From the NCBI RefSeq assembly GCF_037042905.1, contig NC_087245.1:43650001-43714000 (forward strand): 64,000 nt of DNA, given 5' to 3'. Both the position numbers and the translations under genes were made by a program. The stretch's first letter is position 1. Every line of letters starts with the position of its first letter. The stretch comes from Lytechinus pictus. Lineage: Eukaryota. The notes under the pieces were generated by a model. It saw only the letters and a program-made list of their open reading frames with translations. It was not told the origin of the DNA and made no database searches. Positions 60,912-64,000 of the stretch are shown piece after piece.

Positions 60912-61638
60912 CTGGGGCGGATCCAGCTTTCACTAATAACGGGGCCGGGGTGAACAATATTTTCATCCACATTTTTCCCGATCGATCGGCAGCTCAAAGC
61001 TAGTTTTTGTTGGAATCTATAGTCGTAACAGTACTAAACCCTATAAAAAATGCGAGCGTGAGGTATTATTTTCGGACTGTGTATTGTGTCCTGAAAATTG
61101 ATCTGAGCAATATGATCATTAAACAAGATGCACACTGACGGATAAGGTGCTCAAAAATTTGAATAAGTAAAGGCCTATTTAGTTCCCTTGTTCGTTTTAC
61201 TATAAGCCCTTCAACAATGTTTCCGTGTTTTGTATTACATTGATCAGTTAATATTTCTTTATGTCTCATACTATTTCGATATGAATTATACCTTGTCATT
61301 GTACTTGTTACTATGATTTTATATACTAATAACTCTGAACTTGTGAACCTGTTTAACCATGACTGAATGAATAAATCAATAAATGAATTGGTATAGATGA
61401 ATAGATGTTCCATCGAACAGGCAATGCGAACACAAAGCGCGGGCTAAATTGTTTTTATACATGTGTAGTGACATGATTGGCTCCCACCCCTCCCCAAGTC
61501 TGAATTCCCCTCACCTTTTTTTATTCATTCTTCCTCTTATATTTTGCGCCCCCCCCCCTCTGCTTTCGTTCATATTACTTTGCGCCGCCAATATCGGGGG
61601 GGGGGGGGCGTAACGTCGGCCTCCTGGATCCGCCTATG
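60912..61638. mobile_element. hAT-like non-autonomous element
   Basis: Ends ggcggatccag / ctggatccgcc; TSD not preserved. Confidence 0.5.
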
Positions 61639-62239
61639 ATACCGGTGCGTAGGTCTGTATGTTATAACCATGTAACATCGATCCCCCTCCAAGTTTCTCT
61701 TTGCATTTTTCTTTTCAACTTGTTATGGTAGTATACTGAACAAGAACAAGTATGACGTCTCCTAGGTGCCTCTCCCTCCACCCACTCCTCCTCGGTCCGC
61801 TGCATGTGCTCGGATAATAAAATTACGTACTTATCATGGTGATATATATATAATAAAATTGCAAATTTTATTGCAAAAACTGCATTACTCGTGAATTTGT
61901 GTTTCGCATTTCTGATGTCTTATTAAATATATATATATATATTCGAGGACATACAGCTAGGCGGAACTATTTGGGGGAAGGGGTCTTCCATCTCTGTGTG
62001 ATTCCGAAGTTCCGATGATGGTTCAGAGAATGTACTTCATGCAAAATCACGTTTTGGCATGACCTCTCAGCGCTGGGCATATCGACGGACAAAAAAATGC
62101 AAAAATGTGATGGATCGAAATGGTAAAAAATATATATTTTAAAGAAAACCATCGTTATAAAATGCAGTCATACCAACATATTTTTGTTAATACCAGTTTG
62201 AACTTAGATAAAAATTATAACCCGAGGCTATATTAGCAG

Positions 62240-63234
62240 CAGGGGCGGCGGAACCGGGGGGCGGCAGGGGCACTTAACCCCCTACATAAAAAAATCCCAG
62301 TAGGAAAAAATGCCTTTTTTAAATGGAGAGTGCACTTATTTCAAAATGATGTACATGAATGTCCCTTTTCAAAATAAAATACCCTTTTTGAAGTCAAACG
62401 ATACATTTTAGGTTGGAAATCACAAAATTTTTGGCTCGCGCTTCGCGCCCACATCATTTATTTTTTAGGAAGGCACTCACTTTGTTTTGGTTACAACTTG
62501 TGCTTATAATGTTCAATTTTCAGGTTTAAATGTCACAAATCTTCAGCTCGCGCTTTCCGCTCGCATCAAAGGTACACATTATGTTCTTGGTTTCAAACTG
62601 CTTAGAATATCCAGTTTTCAGGTTGAAATATTACAAATTTTCGGCTCGCCGCGCTTCGCATCAATTATTATTTATTAAGACACACAATTAAGTTCTTGGG
62701 TTAAAAAAGTGCTTAGAATGTCCAGTTTTCTGGTTGGAATATCGCGCTCGCGTCCATTCTTCAATTAGATGCACATCTTTTTCATAACAAAATTGCTCGG
62801 AATGTTTGATTTTCATGTCTTATTAGTCATGTTAGTACAAGCAATGTCTAGAATTTATAGCTCGCGATTTGCGCTCTTAACACCTCGCAAGAATGCTCTT
62901 TTAACAATAATTTGCGCGATTTGACCAAAAAGCGGCGAGTTTCACAACTTCAGATTTGAAAATGTTCAAACTGCTTGCTTGCTACGCTCGCTCCCGGAAA
63001 AATAAGCCTAAATAGATATTTTATCAATCAGAAAAGACTTTAAAAAGGTTTTGCTCAATTTAATTACTACAAAACGCACAACTACTTAACACAGATGATA
63101 ATCTCATGGTGAAAATATAAGTTTGCATAAAAAATGCAATTTTTTGCATATAAGTGCCTTTTTTCGCTTTGTCCCCCCCCCCCCAAAAAAAAAAAAAAAA
63201 AAAAAAAAATTGAAAATACGTTCCGTCGCCTATG
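62240..63234. mobile_element. hAT-like non-autonomous element with gctcgcgcttcgcgc repeats
   Basis: Ends caggggcggcggaac / gttccgtcgcctatg; internal repeats; TSD not preserved. Confidence 0.55.
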
Positions 63235-63559
63235 ATTCCGTCACCTATGGCACTCGCTGGTATTTGAATATATCATCATTTACACCCTCTCAAAGAAAGC
63301 AGACTTACTTTTGCCCTTTATTTTGCCATGGAACTTACAGGAAAGCATATCAAACAGGATGCAAATGGAGGTCTATTCAGCCGGACGTTATTATACGCTT
63401 TGGAGTTTGGATTCTTGTTTGCCTAGAAAACGTAAAGTATTTCAAGAGTTTTTATATTTTCATTACATCTTTGTCCTTATTTCTATATATCCGTAGCTCT
63501 ACCATGCGCGTATTCGGGGGCGCCAAAATAGGGAGAAAAGGGAAGGAAAGAAAAGGGGT

Positions 63560-64000
63560 TGACGAATTGCTGTTTGACATGGGAGGGGGGGGGGGTGGAT
63601 GCGCCGAATTGATGTTCAACCTAGAGTATGTATATAGCGGGTGCCGAATTTATGTTTTGCTTAGGGGCGCCGAATTGATGTTCGACCTAGGATGTGCCAA
63701 ATTGATCTTCATCCTAGGGGGGGGGGGCGAATTAATGTTTTACCTCGGGGCGCCGTATAGATGTTCAACATAGGGGCACCGAAGGGCACCGAAATGATGT
63801 TTAACCTTGGGGATGGGGCGCCGAATAATTTTTTTCTATATACGGTTGTCGAGTTGCTGTTTGACATATAGGGGCGCCGAATTGATGTTCAACCTAGGGG
63901 GTGCCGAATGGATATTCACCACACGCCAATTTGATATTTGTCTCGGTGCATCAAATTCAGGTTCAATTTACCTAGGGAGGGGAGGGGGTGCCAAACTCAT
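63560..64000. repeat. Degenerate ~30-bp tandem repeat taggggcgccgaattgatgttcaacc
   Basis: More than 10 imperfect units running to the window end. Confidence 0.8.

Noticed and set aside
59300..64000. SPAG1 5' exons or promoter; ORF 63123-63773
   Set aside because: No SPAG1 N-terminal motif found by eye; the ORF crosses homopolymers and a tandem repeat

Overview
Eukaryotic, AT-rich, intron-containing genomic DNA, most likely from a sea urchin (inferred from a histone H1 fragment that matches my recollection of echinoid early H1, and from the repeat landscape). Three protein-coding genes are supported: (1) the 3' six exons of a catalytically intact caspase on + (581-4440, SHG and QACRG motifs); (2) an intronless class-A GPCR on - (14298-15374) with degenerate signalling motifs; (3) 18 exons (941 codons) of SPAG1 (three TPR clusters plus RPAP3_C) on - (23882-59255), whose 5' end I could not find in the window. 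The rest is dense, often nested, transposon debris: MULE-, CACTA-, Kolobok-, hAT-, Tc1/pogo-like, Helentron-associated, Penelope, L1/Tx1 and SINE elements. The most notable observations are a TSD-flanked SINE with a 7SL (Alu-domain-like) head and Deu/Nin-like core sitting next to a decayed Penelope hammerhead ribozyme, a histone H1 coding fragment inserted inside a foldback element, a ~305-bp inversion bounded by two oppositely oriented foldback copies, a multi-layer transposon nest, and a strong excess of TACATGTA excision-type footprints. Exons were read by eye from GT-AG boundaries and frame continuity; family assignments rest on recalled motifs, not database searches.
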